Positions 29,537 through 37,699 of a stretch of DNA of 37,699 nt are shown one piece after another (the first letter of the stretch is position 1; each line of letters opens with the position of its first letter). The position numbers and the translations under genes are program-made. This DNA comes from a virus. Under the pieces are notes generated by a model, which made no database searches, had not been told where the DNA came from, and was given only the letters and a program-made list of their open reading frames with translations. The stretch is from IMG/VR virus record IMGVR_UViG_3300028429_000330; one strand, written 5' to 3'.

Positions 29537-29568
29537 CCTGAGTTTCCCGCCCGCAAGGGCAATGAGCA

Positions 29569-29602
29569 GCCGCGCCGGCCACGCCGTACCGCGGCTTTTT
29601 TT
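29569..29602 (+). terminator. Terminator-like hairpin upstream of the major tail gene
   Basis: GCCGCG ... CGCGGC stem (inner CGG/CCG pairs possible) followed by TTTTTTT. Flanked by two small GCCC-GCAA-GGGC tetraloop hairpins at about 29549 and 29606. Confidence 0.55.
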
Positions 29603-29638
29603 GTTGCCCCGCAAGGGCTTTTCCCGGAGTCCACCACC

Positions 29639-30280
29639 ATGGCCTACTTTTTTCCCGAAGGCTCTCAGTTCGCTTTCAGCACCACGCTCGCCGCCTCGGT
29701 CACCGTGACCGCCATCACCAACGCCAACCCGGGCGTGGCCACCGCCACCGCGCACGGCTACGCAAACAACGACGAGATCCTGCTGGCGAGCGGCTGGGAA
29801 GACGCCAACAACACCATCTTCCGTGCCGGCAGCGTGGCCGCCAACACGTTCAACCTCACTGGGCTGGACACCACCAACACCAGCTTCTACCCGGCCGGCG
29901 CCGGCGTCGGCACGGCTCGTCGCCTGTCGGGCTGGCAGTCCATCCTGCAGGTGCTGAGCGTGCAGTCGCAGGGTGGCGACGCCCGCTTCACGCAGATCCA
30001 GCCGCTGGCCGCGCGCAACGCCTTCCAGGTGCCCACTGGCTTCAACCCGTCCAGCTTCACCATGACGCTGGGCTATGACCCGTCGATCGCCAGCTTCCAG
30101 ACGCTCATCGGTCTGAGCCGCACGCTGGCGCCGCTGGCCATGCGGATCACGCTGTCGGGCAACGGCGCCATCTACTTCTACGGCTACATCAGCATCTCCG
30201 AGGTGCCGCAGATGCAGCCGCAGAACCCGCTGACCATCCAGGCCGCGGTCACCAACCTCGGCCGGATCATCAGCTACTGA
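29639..30280 (+). CDS. Major tail (tube) protein
   Basis: ORF track 213 aa. Position between the tail terminator and the G/GT chaperone genes. Own SD and flanking hairpins, as expected for a highly expressed gene. Confidence 0.75.
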   Translation: MAYFFPEGSQFAFSTTLAASVTVTAITNANPGVATATAHGYANNDEILLASGWEDANNTIFRAGSVAANTFNLTGLDTTNTSFYPAGAGVGTARRLSGWQSILQVLSVQSQGGDARFTQIQPLAARNAFQVPTGFNPSSFTMTLGYDPSIASFQTLIGLSRTLAPLAMRITLSGNGAIYFYGYISISEVPQMQPQNPLTIQAAVTNLGRIISY

Positions 30281-30286
30281 CCGGCT

Positions 30287-30350
30287 TGGCGCGCGGCGGG
30301 CGGGGCCTCGGCTCCGCTGCGGGTCCGTCCGAGCCCGCGGCCGCGCGCCA
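30287..30350 (+). other. Large GC-rich stem structure downstream of the major tail gene
   Basis: 11-bp perfect outer stem TGGCGCGCGGC / GCCGCGCGCCA encloses about 42 nt with further internal pairing. No U-run follows. Confidence 0.45.
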
Positions 30351-30386
30351 TCCTCACATCGGGCACATCGGACAAAAGGTTCGGAC

Positions 30387-30725
30387 ATGGCAGTTCGCAT
30401 CGAGATCGCCAACAAGGTCAAGTTCAAGGTCGAGGGCACCATCGCCAACGAGGCAGGCGCCGACGAGAAGTTCGACTTCTCCCTGACCGCCAAGCGCATC
30501 AACGCCGAGGGCGTTCGCACCCTCATCGACGAGCGGGGTGACGAGCCGATCGTCGACTTCCTCGTCACCGTGGTCGAAGGCTGGGCCGGCGTGCTCGACG
30601 GGGCCGGCCAGGCCGTGCCGTTCAGCGAAGACAGCCTGCGCAAGCTGCTCGGCAACATCCCTGGCCTGGGCCAGCTGGTCTTCACCCGCTACCTGCGGGA
30701 GATCGGCGCCAAGGCAAAAAACTAG
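30387..30725 (+). CDS. Tail assembly chaperone (gpG analogue)
   Basis: ORF track 112 aa. Located between the major tail and tape measure genes. Ends at a slippery heptamer. Confidence 0.8.
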   Translation: MAVRIEIANKVKFKVEGTIANEAGADEKFDFSLTAKRINAEGVRTLIDERGDEPIVDFLVTVVEGWAGVLDGAGQAVPFSEDSLRKLLGNIPGLGQLVFTRYLREIGAKAKN

Positions 30726-31114
30726 CGGCGCTCGCTGGCGCGCTGGCCGAGCACGGCGCGCGCAGCGGGCAGTCGCAGCTCCCTCCGGAGGACTCCGAGC
30801 TCGGCCGTGCCCTGCGCCAGGTACAGGCGCCGGTGAGCGGTCCTGCGGGTGATGAGGTGCTGTACCTCTGGCCCGACAACGTCACCGCCTGGCGCTGCTG
30901 GCAGGAGCTGCAAACGCAGTGGCGGGTCGGCGTGGCTGGTGCCACCGGTCTCGACTACGCAGGCGTCGCCGCCTACCTCGACGAAGAGCAGCGCGCCCGC
31001 CGCCTTCGCCGTCGAGAGCGTGCGGGCGTCTGGACCTCCCTGCGCGCGGCGGAGACCGCAGTGCTCGCAGTGTGGGGCGAGCAGCGTCGCAAACGCGAGC
31101 TGCAGAAGAGTTGA
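30387..31114 (+). CDS. Tail assembly chaperone frameshift fusion (gpGT analogue; C-terminal DUF1799-like T domain)
   Basis: Join of 30387..30722 and 30722..31114 by -1 slippage. The T part contains LWPDNVTAWRCWQELQTQWRVGVAGATGLDYAGVAAYL, typical of the T domain. Confidence 0.75.
30716..30722 (+). promoter_or_regulatory. -1 programmed ribosomal frameshift slippery site A_AAA_AAC
   Basis: The zero frame reads GCA AAA AAC TAG. The -1 frame (AAA AAA CTA GCG ...) stays open to 31114 and joins the frame of ORF 30833..31114. Confidence 0.8.
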
Positions 31115-31141
31115 AGAGCAGCAACGGCTAGGGGCTCACGC

Positions 31142-34100
31142 ATGGCAGAAAACACCGTAGGAATCCGCTTTGAGATCGGCGGCGCGGGTCAAGCCGAGGG
31201 TGACATCCGCCGCGTGCGCGGCGCCATGGATGGCGTGGGCGATACGGCCACCACCGTGCGCGGCGCGCTCGGCGGACTGGCTGCCGCATTCGCCGGCGCG
31301 TTCAGCGCGCAGCAGTTTCTGCAGGCGGCAGATGCCGTCACGCAGTTGCAGAACTCGCTGCGGCTGTCGACCGGAAGCGCCACCGCCGCGGCGCAGGCGT
31401 ATGAAGACCTGTTCGGGGTGGCGCAGCGCAGTCGCGTCTCGTTCACGGACCTCGGCAACACCTACGCCACGATTGCCCGCGCTACGCAGGGTTTGGGCGT
31501 CAGCCAGCGCGACCTGCTCACAGTGACCGAGGCGCTGGGCAACGCCATCGCCATCAGCGGCGGCAGCGCCGAAAGCGCCCGCGCCGCCATGATCCAGCTC
31601 ACCCAGGGCCTGGCCAGCGGCGCCCTGCGTGGTGAAGAGCTCAACAGCGTGCTCGAGCAGACCCCGCGCGTGGCCAAGGCCATTGCCGACGGACTGGGCA
31701 TCACCATCGGCCAGCTTAGGGAGTACGGCAAGGAAGGGCGCCTGAGCACCGAGGCCGTCATCACCGCGCTGCGCAATCAGGCGGACGTGCTGCGCAACGA
31801 GGTGGGCAGCAGCACCGTCACCGTGGGGCAGGGCTTTCAGGTGCTGACCAACTCGGTCATCAAGCTGGTTGGCTCGCTCGATCAAGCGACTGGTGTGTCG
31901 CGGACCGTCGGCCAGGGTCTCGTGCTGCTTGCGCAGAACATCGACCTCGTTGCCGCGGCCGCCACCGCGCTGACGGTTTCGGGCCTTGTGGTGTGGCTGT
32001 CTGCCACGCTGCCCGCCGCGATCGCAGTCACCAAAGCCGCGCTCGTTGCGCTGACCGGCCCTATTGGTCTTGCGGTGGTCGCAGCCACCGCGCTCGCCGT
32101 GGGCATTGCAGCCGTGTGGCGCAGTATGCGCGACGATGGCGGCGAAGCGGCCAAGGCCGAGGCCGAGCTAAACCGCCTGCGCGAAGCGCTGGAGCGGCAG
32201 CCGAACAACCTGCTGCTTAAAAACGCGGTCAAGGACCAGCAGGAGCTGGTTGACCGGCTGCGCGCTACCACCGGCGCCGTGCGCGAAAACGAGAACGAGC
32301 TGGCACGCCTGGGTGCTCGCCAGTCTGAGCGCCAAGGCCAACTGCGGCAGGAAGCCGCGCTGCTGGAGACGGTGGCCGACATCGAGCGTCAGCGCACTGG
32401 GCAAAGCAAGGACTTCCGGGCCAACCTAGACAAGCTGTTCCAGGCGTATGAGTCGGGCGCCATCTCGCTCGACCGCTACCGCACGCTGGTAGCAGACCTC
32501 ATCCAGCGTGAAGGCGGCGGGAAAAAGATCACCGACGAGCGCGCTCAGTCAATCAAGCAGCTCGCGGGCGAATACGACAAGATCATCGAGGCTGGGCGGG
32601 AGTACGCGCAGAAGCTACAGCTCGAACTTGACCTCGGAAACCAGTTAAGCGAGTCGCAACGCGCTCAGCTAAAGATCGGCGAATTCCTGGCGGCGAACGC
32701 GAAAAACTTGACGGCCGCGCGAGTGGCCGAATTGCAGCAACTGATCCTGCTGATTGCCAGGCTAGATCAAGAACGGCGTGGGCGCGATGCGGTCAACGAA
32801 GAAATCAAGGCCGGCAAGAAAGCGCAGGACGAGCTTTACACCGCCGGCGAGCGCAACGTACAACAAGCCGTGCAGCGCGTGCAGCAGCTAGAGGATGAAA
32901 AGCGCGCGGCCGATCTGGCGGCGCGCACCAACATCAGCCTCGCCGCCGCAATCGAAGAGGTGGCTATCGCTCGACTGAAAGAGCGGCAGGAAGTAGCGGC
33001 CATGGTCGGCGATGCGCGCATGGTTGAACTGCTGGGCCGCGAGATTGCGGCGCGCGAGCGCATCCGCGATCTGATCGTCGATAAAGAGACCGCCGAGGCG
33101 CAGAAGCGCAACGCCGAAGAGGCCGGGAAAGCGTGGCAGAAAGCCAGCGAGGACATCGAGAAGGCGCTGACCGATGCGCTGGTTCGCGGCTTTGAGTCGG
33201 GCCGTGGCCTTGTGCGCAGTGTCGGCGACTACATCGTCAACTTCTTCAAGACGACAATTGCTCGCGGCATCGCTCAGGCGCTGCTTGGGGCACTAGGTGC
33301 AGGCCTGTCCGGCGTCGCCAATGCGGGTGTGCGCTTGGTGGGCGGCGGCGGCGGTGGTGGCGGTGGCGGCGGCCTAGGCAGCATCATCAGCCTGATTAGT
33401 GGCGGCGGCTCTTTGGGCGCCGGCCTTATGGCGGGACTGTTCAACGGCGTCGGTCTGGGCGGGTCACTCACTGCGGCCGCGTCTCTGTTCGGCACCGGCA
33501 CGCTGGCCGGCGCAGGCGCGGGAGCCGGTCTTGCGCTCGGCGCCATTGCCCCCTACGCCGCCGCCGTGGCCGGCCTCTATGCGCTTATCACCGGGATCGG
33601 CACCGGACGCCAGCGCTCGCCCGCGCGGCAGAATTTCAGCCTGCTGACTGGCAGTGGTGAGTCCCTGCCTAGCATCTGGCCGACACCGAACCTATCCGGT
33701 CAGGGCACATACGACAGTTTGGTGCGCGGTGCGTTTTCGACCATCAGCGACGTGGCGCGCAGTTTAGGCGGCGTCGCCGATCAGACGTTGCGCCTCGGTC
33801 TGTTTACATCTGCGTCACCGGATAATCGCGGCGCGCAGGTAGTCGGGACTGCTTTTGATCGCTCCGGCCGCATCCTCTTCAACGCAGATCGACAGGTCAA
33901 CAACGATCAGATTGACGCCACGCTGCGCGATTTGGTGCCGCGGCTGATCCTGACCGGATTGCAACAAAGCAATTTGCCAGATCAGATCGCCGCCTACCTG
34001 CGCCGCATTGATGCCGCATCGGCCAGCGAGCAGGAGATCGACAACGTCATCAAGACCGCGCTTGCGGTCCAGGGCATGACCGATGCGGTCGCGTCCGCCG

Positions 34101-34714
34101 GCGGTGTGTTTGCGCGCCTAGCCGATCTGTCGGTCGATGCTCGCATTGAGCTTGCCAACCTGACCGGCGGCATCGAGGGGTTCGTGCAGAAGGTCGGCGG
34201 CTTCGTGCAGGACTACTACAGCGAGTCGGAGCGCGTGGGCATTACCGCGCGCCAGATCCAGGCCACGCTGCGCGCTGCCGGCATTCAGGGCGACTTCCGC
34301 ACCCGCGAGGAGTTCCGCGCCGCGCTTGAAGGCGTTGATCTCTCCAGCGAAGCCGGCCGCAAGCAGTTCGCCGCGCTGCTCAACGCCGCCAGCAGCTTCG
34401 CCAGCATCAGCGACTACCTCAAGGCCAACAGCCTCACGCTGGGGGGCGCCGCGGCGCTGAGCCCCGCCGGCGCGCTGGCCGACGCCATCAGCGCCAGCAG
34501 CAGCGACACCGCGGCGCAGACCGCCACGCTCAACGAGAGCCTGGTCGAAATCAACACCACGCTGACCGAAAAGCTCGAGGAGCAGCTTGCGGCGGTGGAA
34601 AAGGCGCGCGAAGAGGCCGCCGCCGCGGCTGCCGAGCTCATCGAGCAGGCGCGTCGCACGGCAGACGCGCTCGAGCAGTGGACCATCGACGGCCTGCCGG
34701 CCACTGCGAGCTGA
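31142..34714 (+). CDS. Tail tape measure protein
   Basis: ORF track 1190 aa. N-terminal tape-measure motif LRGEELNSVLEQTPRVAKAIADGLGITIGQLREYGKEG. TM-like segments, long coiled coils and an 11-Gly run. Confidence 0.9.
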   Translation: MAENTVGIRFEIGGAGQAEGDIRRVRGAMDGVGDTATTVRGALGGLAAAFAGAFSAQQFLQAADAVTQLQNSLRLSTGSATAAAQAYEDLFGVAQRSRVSFTDLGNTYATIARATQGLGVSQRDLLTVTEALGNAIAISGGSAESARAAMIQLTQGLASGALRGEELNSVLEQTPRVAKAIADGLGITIGQLREYGKEGRLSTEAVITALRNQADVLRNEVGSSTVTVGQGFQVLTNSVIKLVGSLDQATGVSRTVGQGLVLLAQNIDLVAAAATALTVSGLVVWLSATLPAAIAVTKAALVALTGPIGLAVVAATALAVGIAAVWRSMRDDGGEAAKAEAELNRLREALERQPNNLLLKNAVKDQQELVDRLRATTGAVRENENELARLGARQSERQGQLRQEAALLETVADIERQRTGQSKDFRANLDKLFQAYESGAISLDRYRTLVADLIQREGGGKKITDERAQSIKQLAGEYDKIIEAGREYAQKLQLELDLGNQLSESQRAQLKIGEFLAANAKNLTAARVAELQQLILLIARLDQERRGRDAVNEEIKAGKKAQDELYTAGERNVQQAVQRVQQLEDEKRAADLAARTNISLAAAIEEVAIARLKERQEVAAMVGDARMVELLGREIAARERIRDLIVDKETAEAQKRNAEEAGKAWQKASEDIEKALTDALVRGFESGRGLVRSVGDYIVNFFKTTIARGIAQALLGALGAGLSGVANAGVRLVGGGGGGGGGGGLGSIISLISGGGSLGAGLMAGLFNGVGLGGSLTAAASLFGTGTLAGAGAGAGLALGAIAPYAAAVAGLYALITGIGTGRQRSPARQNFSLLTGSGESLPSIWPTPNLSGQGTYDSLVRGAFSTISDVARSLGGVADQTLRLGLFTSASPDNRGAQVVGTAFDRSGRILFNADRQVNNDQIDATLRDLVPRLILTGLQQSNLPDQIAAYLRRIDAASASEQEIDNVIKTALAVQGMTDAVASAGGVFARLADLSVDARIELANLTGGIEGFVQKVGGFVQDYYSESERVGITARQIQATLRAAGIQGDFRTREEFRAALEGVDLSSEAGRKQFAALLNAASSFASISDYLKANSLTLGGAAALSPAGALADAISASSSDTAAQTATLNESLVEINTTLTEKLEEQLAAVEKAREEAAAAAAELIEQARRTADALEQWTIDGLPATAS

Positions 34715-34715
34715 C

Positions 34716-35627
34716 ATGCAAGTGATTCTCCCCGTCGCGGTGACCGACAGCATGGTCACCTTCAACAGCGCGCCGGCCGAGCCGGCCGCTGATGACCCTG
34801 CCGCCTGGAACAGCGGCACCACCTACGCGGCCGGCGCGCTAGTGCATCGGACCACCACCCACCGCCGCTATCGCAGCCTGCTTGCCAGCAACATCAACAA
34901 CATCCCCGAGAACACCCGCGGGGTATGGTGGGAGGAGGTCGGCGGGACCACCCGCTGGGCGATGTTCGACCAGCTTGCAAGCAGCAAGACGACCCGCACC
35001 ACGCCGCTCGACGTGACCGTCACGCCCGGCCTCATCAATGCCGTGGCGTGCCTAGGCATGACCGGCGGCACGCTCACAATCACCGTGCGCAACGGCGTGA
35101 CGGTGATCTACAGCAAGGTGCTACCGCTGGTCGATGGCACGCCGGTTACTACTTGGTGGGAGTATTTCTTTGCCAGCATCGATCAAAAGACCGACGTGGT
35201 GCTCACTGACATCCCTACGCTGGGCACCTCCACCGTGCAAGTGGAACTGACTGCCACCGCCGGCACGGTAAGCATGGGCTCGCTAGTGTTCGGTAGCGCG
35301 CGCGAGTTGGGCGTCACGCTGAGCGGCGTGGAGATCGGCATCAACGACTACTCGCGCAAAGAATTCGACCCGGCGCTCGGCATCACGCTGCTAGAGCAGC
35401 GCGCATTTAGCAGCCGGCTGAGCCTCAAAACGATCGTGCCCAACGGCGCGGTAGACGGCATGGTTGCGCTGCTGAAGAGCATCCGAGCGCGGCCGGTGGT
35501 CTGGATCGGCGACGAAAAGGGCCGTTTCCAAAGCTTGGTGCTGCTGGGTTTCGTGCGCGACTGGGCCAAGAACCTAGACCTGCCCGACCGTACCTACCTT
35601 TCCATCCGCGTCGAGGAGATGACCTGA
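34716..35627 (+). CDS. Distal tail / tail-tip protein (303 aa) with N-terminal W..G.TY..G..V carbohydrate-binding-like motif
   Basis: ATG 34716 inside ORF 34587..35627. Contains AAWNSGTTYAAGALVHRTTTHRRYRSLLASNINNIPENTRGVWWEEVG. First gene after the tape measure. Confidence 0.7.
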   Translation: MQVILPVAVTDSMVTFNSAPAEPAADDPAAWNSGTTYAAGALVHRTTTHRRYRSLLASNINNIPENTRGVWWEEVGGTTRWAMFDQLASSKTTRTTPLDVTVTPGLINAVACLGMTGGTLTITVRNGVTVIYSKVLPLVDGTPVTTWWEYFFASIDQKTDVVLTDIPTLGTSTVQVELTATAGTVSMGSLVFGSARELGVTLSGVEIGINDYSRKEFDPALGITLLEQRAFSSRLSLKTIVPNGAVDGMVALLKSIRARPVVWIGDEKGRFQSLVLLGFVRDWAKNLDLPDRTYLSIRVEEMT

Positions 35628-35628
35628 C

Positions 35629-36306
35629 ATGCCGATGACCGCATTGCCGACCCCGCCAACCAGGCAGGACCCGGCCAACTTCAACGCCCGCGCCGACTCG
35701 CTGCTGGCGGCGCTGCCCGGCTTCGTGAGCGAGGCCAACGCACTTGAAACGAACGTCAACACGCGCGAGGCCAACGCAATCACGCAGGCCGGCATCGCCA
35801 CCACGCAGGCGGCCGCTGCGGCGGCCAGCGCGACCAGTGCTGCGGCCAGCGCGACGGCGGCTGCAGCCAGCGCCGGTGCGCCGGCGTGGGTGAGCGGCAC
35901 CACTTACGCCATCGGCGAAGTGCGGTGGAGCCCCGTTACGCAGCTAATCTACCGGCGCCGCACGGTGGGCGGCGGCACCACCGATCCCAGTGCAGACCCC
36001 ACTAACTGGGGGCTTGCCGGCGGCGCTAGTCCGCAGATCGTGGAAGTCACTGGCACTAGCGTAACCTTGGCGGTCTATCAAGCAGCCATCCTGCGCAACG
36101 CTGCTACCAGCACCGCCACGCTGCCGCCAGCGCCGTCGGTGGGCGACGAGTGCTGGGTCACGCCCGAGAACGGGCGCGCGGACAACGTGATTGCCCGCAA
36201 CGGCCAGAACATTATGGGACTAGCCGAAGACATGCAGATTGATAACATCAACGCCACCGTGCAACTGCGCTTCCACGGTGGCACCCGCGGATGGAGCCTC
36301 GTCTAA
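35629..36306 (+). CDS. Tail fibre-like protein (225 aa)
   Basis: ORF track. N-terminus LPTPPTRQDPANFNARADSLLAALPGFVSEANALE is typical of phage tail-fibre N-termini. Ala-rich helix, then PAWVSGTTYAIGEVRWSP....DPTNW motif. Confidence 0.7.
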   Translation: MPMTALPTPPTRQDPANFNARADSLLAALPGFVSEANALETNVNTREANAITQAGIATTQAAAAAASATSAAASATAAAASAGAPAWVSGTTYAIGEVRWSPVTQLIYRRRTVGGGTTDPSADPTNWGLAGGASPQIVEVTGTSVTLAVYQAAILRNAATSTATLPPAPSVGDECWVTPENGRADNVIARNGQNIMGLAEDMQIDNINATVQLRFHGGTRGWSLV

Positions 36307-37638
36307 ATGAGCACTCTGAGCCAGTTCGCCGGCGGCGCCGGCATTCCAATCGGCGGCGTGCTGCCTTACCTGCCGGCCGGTGCCGGCGTTGCCTCGCAAT
36401 TGGTGATGGGCGGTCAGGAATACTTGCGCGCCGGCCTCCCGCTCGTGCCCTACAGCGCCAACTACGCGGCCGCGGTCGCGGTCAACCCGCTGATAGCCCG
36501 CTTTGGTCGGCTGCTCGACTTGGGCTTGGGAAGCAATGGAACCACTCCAACGTATCGCCTTATCTGGGACGGTACGCGCTACCAGTTATTTGAGCTGCAA
36601 TTTAGCGCCGGCGAACTGCAAACGGTCCGCAACAGCACAAACCTGAGCACATGGTCGGCCGCCCAGAACGTCCTTGCGCTAGGTTCTGACAACTATGTTC
36701 ACGGGAGTATCGTGGGCTACGGCGGTGGGTGGGCGGGCGTCTTCCAGGATGGCCTTCGCTGGCGCCTTGTAACCGGCACAGACGGCGGCGGCTCCCAGCG
36801 GACGGCGCTCAGCGCCAGCACCAGCTTCAGTCCTCAGCCTAGCAACATCGAGTTTGACGGCACCACCGGCGCCGTCCTTTTCACGGACGGCACGACGCAG
36901 GTAGCTCGGCGCGTGGCGGCCAGCCCGGACGGTGTATGGACAGCCAGCGCCCGCACCGGCGCGACAGTGAACAGCGACAGCAGTCTCGCCGGCAGCGGCA
37001 CCGCTTGGGTAGCCATAGCCCGTCAAAGCGCAGTCACTATTCGCAGTTCGACTGACGCAATCAACTGGACGGCGCGAACGCTGACTGTGCCGGCGAATTT
37101 AAGCCTGTCCAGCCCGCGCGGCACTAATCTTGTGTGGACCGGCTCAACGTTTCTTGCGGCTTTCATGGACAGCGCGACGTCGCAAATCTGGACCGCGCGC
37201 AGCACGGACGGCGTGACCTGGACGCTTGATGCGCCAGTGCCGGGGCTTATCGGTGGCGTTGGCGCTGGATCTACAGACATGTGCATCTGTACCGACCGCG
37301 CCGGTCGCGTTGCGCTGGCTGTTGGATTTGACAACCAGACATCAAGCATTGCCTACAGCACCGACAGCGGTCTTAATTGGAGCATGGCCCGGCTTCCTGG
37401 TGTGGTCACGCTGCGCGGCGTCACCATCCCTAATAACCCCGTGCCGTGCGGCCAGATGAACTTTGCAAACGGCGAGCTGATCCTCAACCGGGTCAACTTT
37501 ACCGGCAGTGGCTTTGGTCGCCCCACGCTGGTCGGCGCAACCGTCTCGCAACTTGCCAGCCCGACGCCGCAGTTCGTGGGCACGCCTGACGCAATCACGT
37601 TCGCTTCAGGCATTCCGGCGTACTTCCGTATTCGTTGA
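36307..37638 (+). CDS. Receptor-binding tail protein with BNR/Asp-box-like repeats (sialidase-type propeller-like)
   Basis: ORF track 443 aa. Asp-box-like motifs SSTDAINWT, STDGVTWT, STDSGLNWS. Its last 80 nt lie in the terminal overlap. Confidence 0.65.
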   Translation: MSTLSQFAGGAGIPIGGVLPYLPAGAGVASQLVMGGQEYLRAGLPLVPYSANYAAAVAVNPLIARFGRLLDLGLGSNGTTPTYRLIWDGTRYQLFELQFSAGELQTVRNSTNLSTWSAAQNVLALGSDNYVHGSIVGYGGGWAGVFQDGLRWRLVTGTDGGGSQRTALSASTSFSPQPSNIEFDGTTGAVLFTDGTTQVARRVAASPDGVWTASARTGATVNSDSSLAGSGTAWVAIARQSAVTIRSSTDAINWTARTLTVPANLSLSSPRGTNLVWTGSTFLAAFMDSATSQIWTARSTDGVTWTLDAPVPGLIGGVGAGSTDMCICTDRAGRVALAVGFDNQTSSIAYSTDSGLNWSMARLPGVVTLRGVTIPNNPVPCGQMNFANGELILNRVNFTGSGFGRPTLVGATVSQLASPTPQFVGTPDAITFASGIPAYFRIR

Positions 37639-37699
37639 TTCCGGTGATTACCATGCTAGAGGCTTTCGCGCTCGCGCTCACTATTGAGGTGGGCGCCAC
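37559..37699. repeat. Terminal overlap, second copy (identical to 1-141)
   Basis: See the 1..141 feature. Confidence 0.95.

Noticed and set aside
33341-33373. (GGN)11 run encoding eleven glycines in the tape measure, considered as a slippage-prone contingency locus
   Set aside because: The repeat mixes GGC and GGT codons and stays in frame. Gly-rich linkers are common in tape-measure proteins, and there is no evidence of phase variation from a single sequence.

Overview
The window is a complete, circularly closed genome of about 37.56 kb. Bases 1-141 are identical to 37559-37699. It belongs to a temperate HK97-like siphovirus from a high-GC host, probably a beta-proteobacterium; that is inferred from composition only.

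It is in the attP (non-integrated) form. A 47-nt 3' fragment of a tRNA-Thr(CGU) gene at 3180-3226 sits between the lysis cassette and a leftward integrase operon, with no host flank on either side.

Gene order on the circle:
- Late operon (+): HNH endonuclease, TerS, TerL, portal, ClpP-like protease, major capsid.
- A 3.2-kb insert of unusual virion genes, including a Kelch-like propeller and a tandem-repeat protein.
- Connector and tail genes, including G/GT with an A_AAA_AAC -1 frameshift site, tape measure, three tail-tip proteins and a YiiX/NlpC-like hydrolase, followed by a terminator.
- Lysis cassette: two holin-like proteins, M15 endolysin, two micro-ORFs, and an embedded i-/o-spanin pair.
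- A convergent secreted HNH-motif moron, then attP.
- On the minus strand, a roughly 9-kb translationally coupled early-left operon. It runs from a lambda-PL-like promoter through many small ORFs, a PAPS-reductase-like protein, an HTH protein, a C5 DNA methyltransferase, an ASCH-like protein and DUF4224 to the integrase and two small trailing ORFs.
- Immunity region: a CI-like HTH+S24 repressor, co-transcribed with a membrane zinc-ribbon-HIRAN protein in the lambda rexAB slot. It diverges from a Cro/YdaS-like gene, small DNA-binding proteins and a Toprim-VapE primase/helicase.
- TACC-N4-GGTA operators sit at both early promoters.

Most notable non-standard signals:
- The repressor-linked membrane HIRAN protein.
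- A 57-nt structured element with compensatory changes, present twice between paralogous small-ORF cassettes.
- A sharply CTAG-rich segment covering the distal tape-measure and tail-tip genes.

No rRNA, complete tRNA, CRISPR array, transposase or reverse transcriptase was seen. All homology statements come from motif recognition by eye, not from searches.
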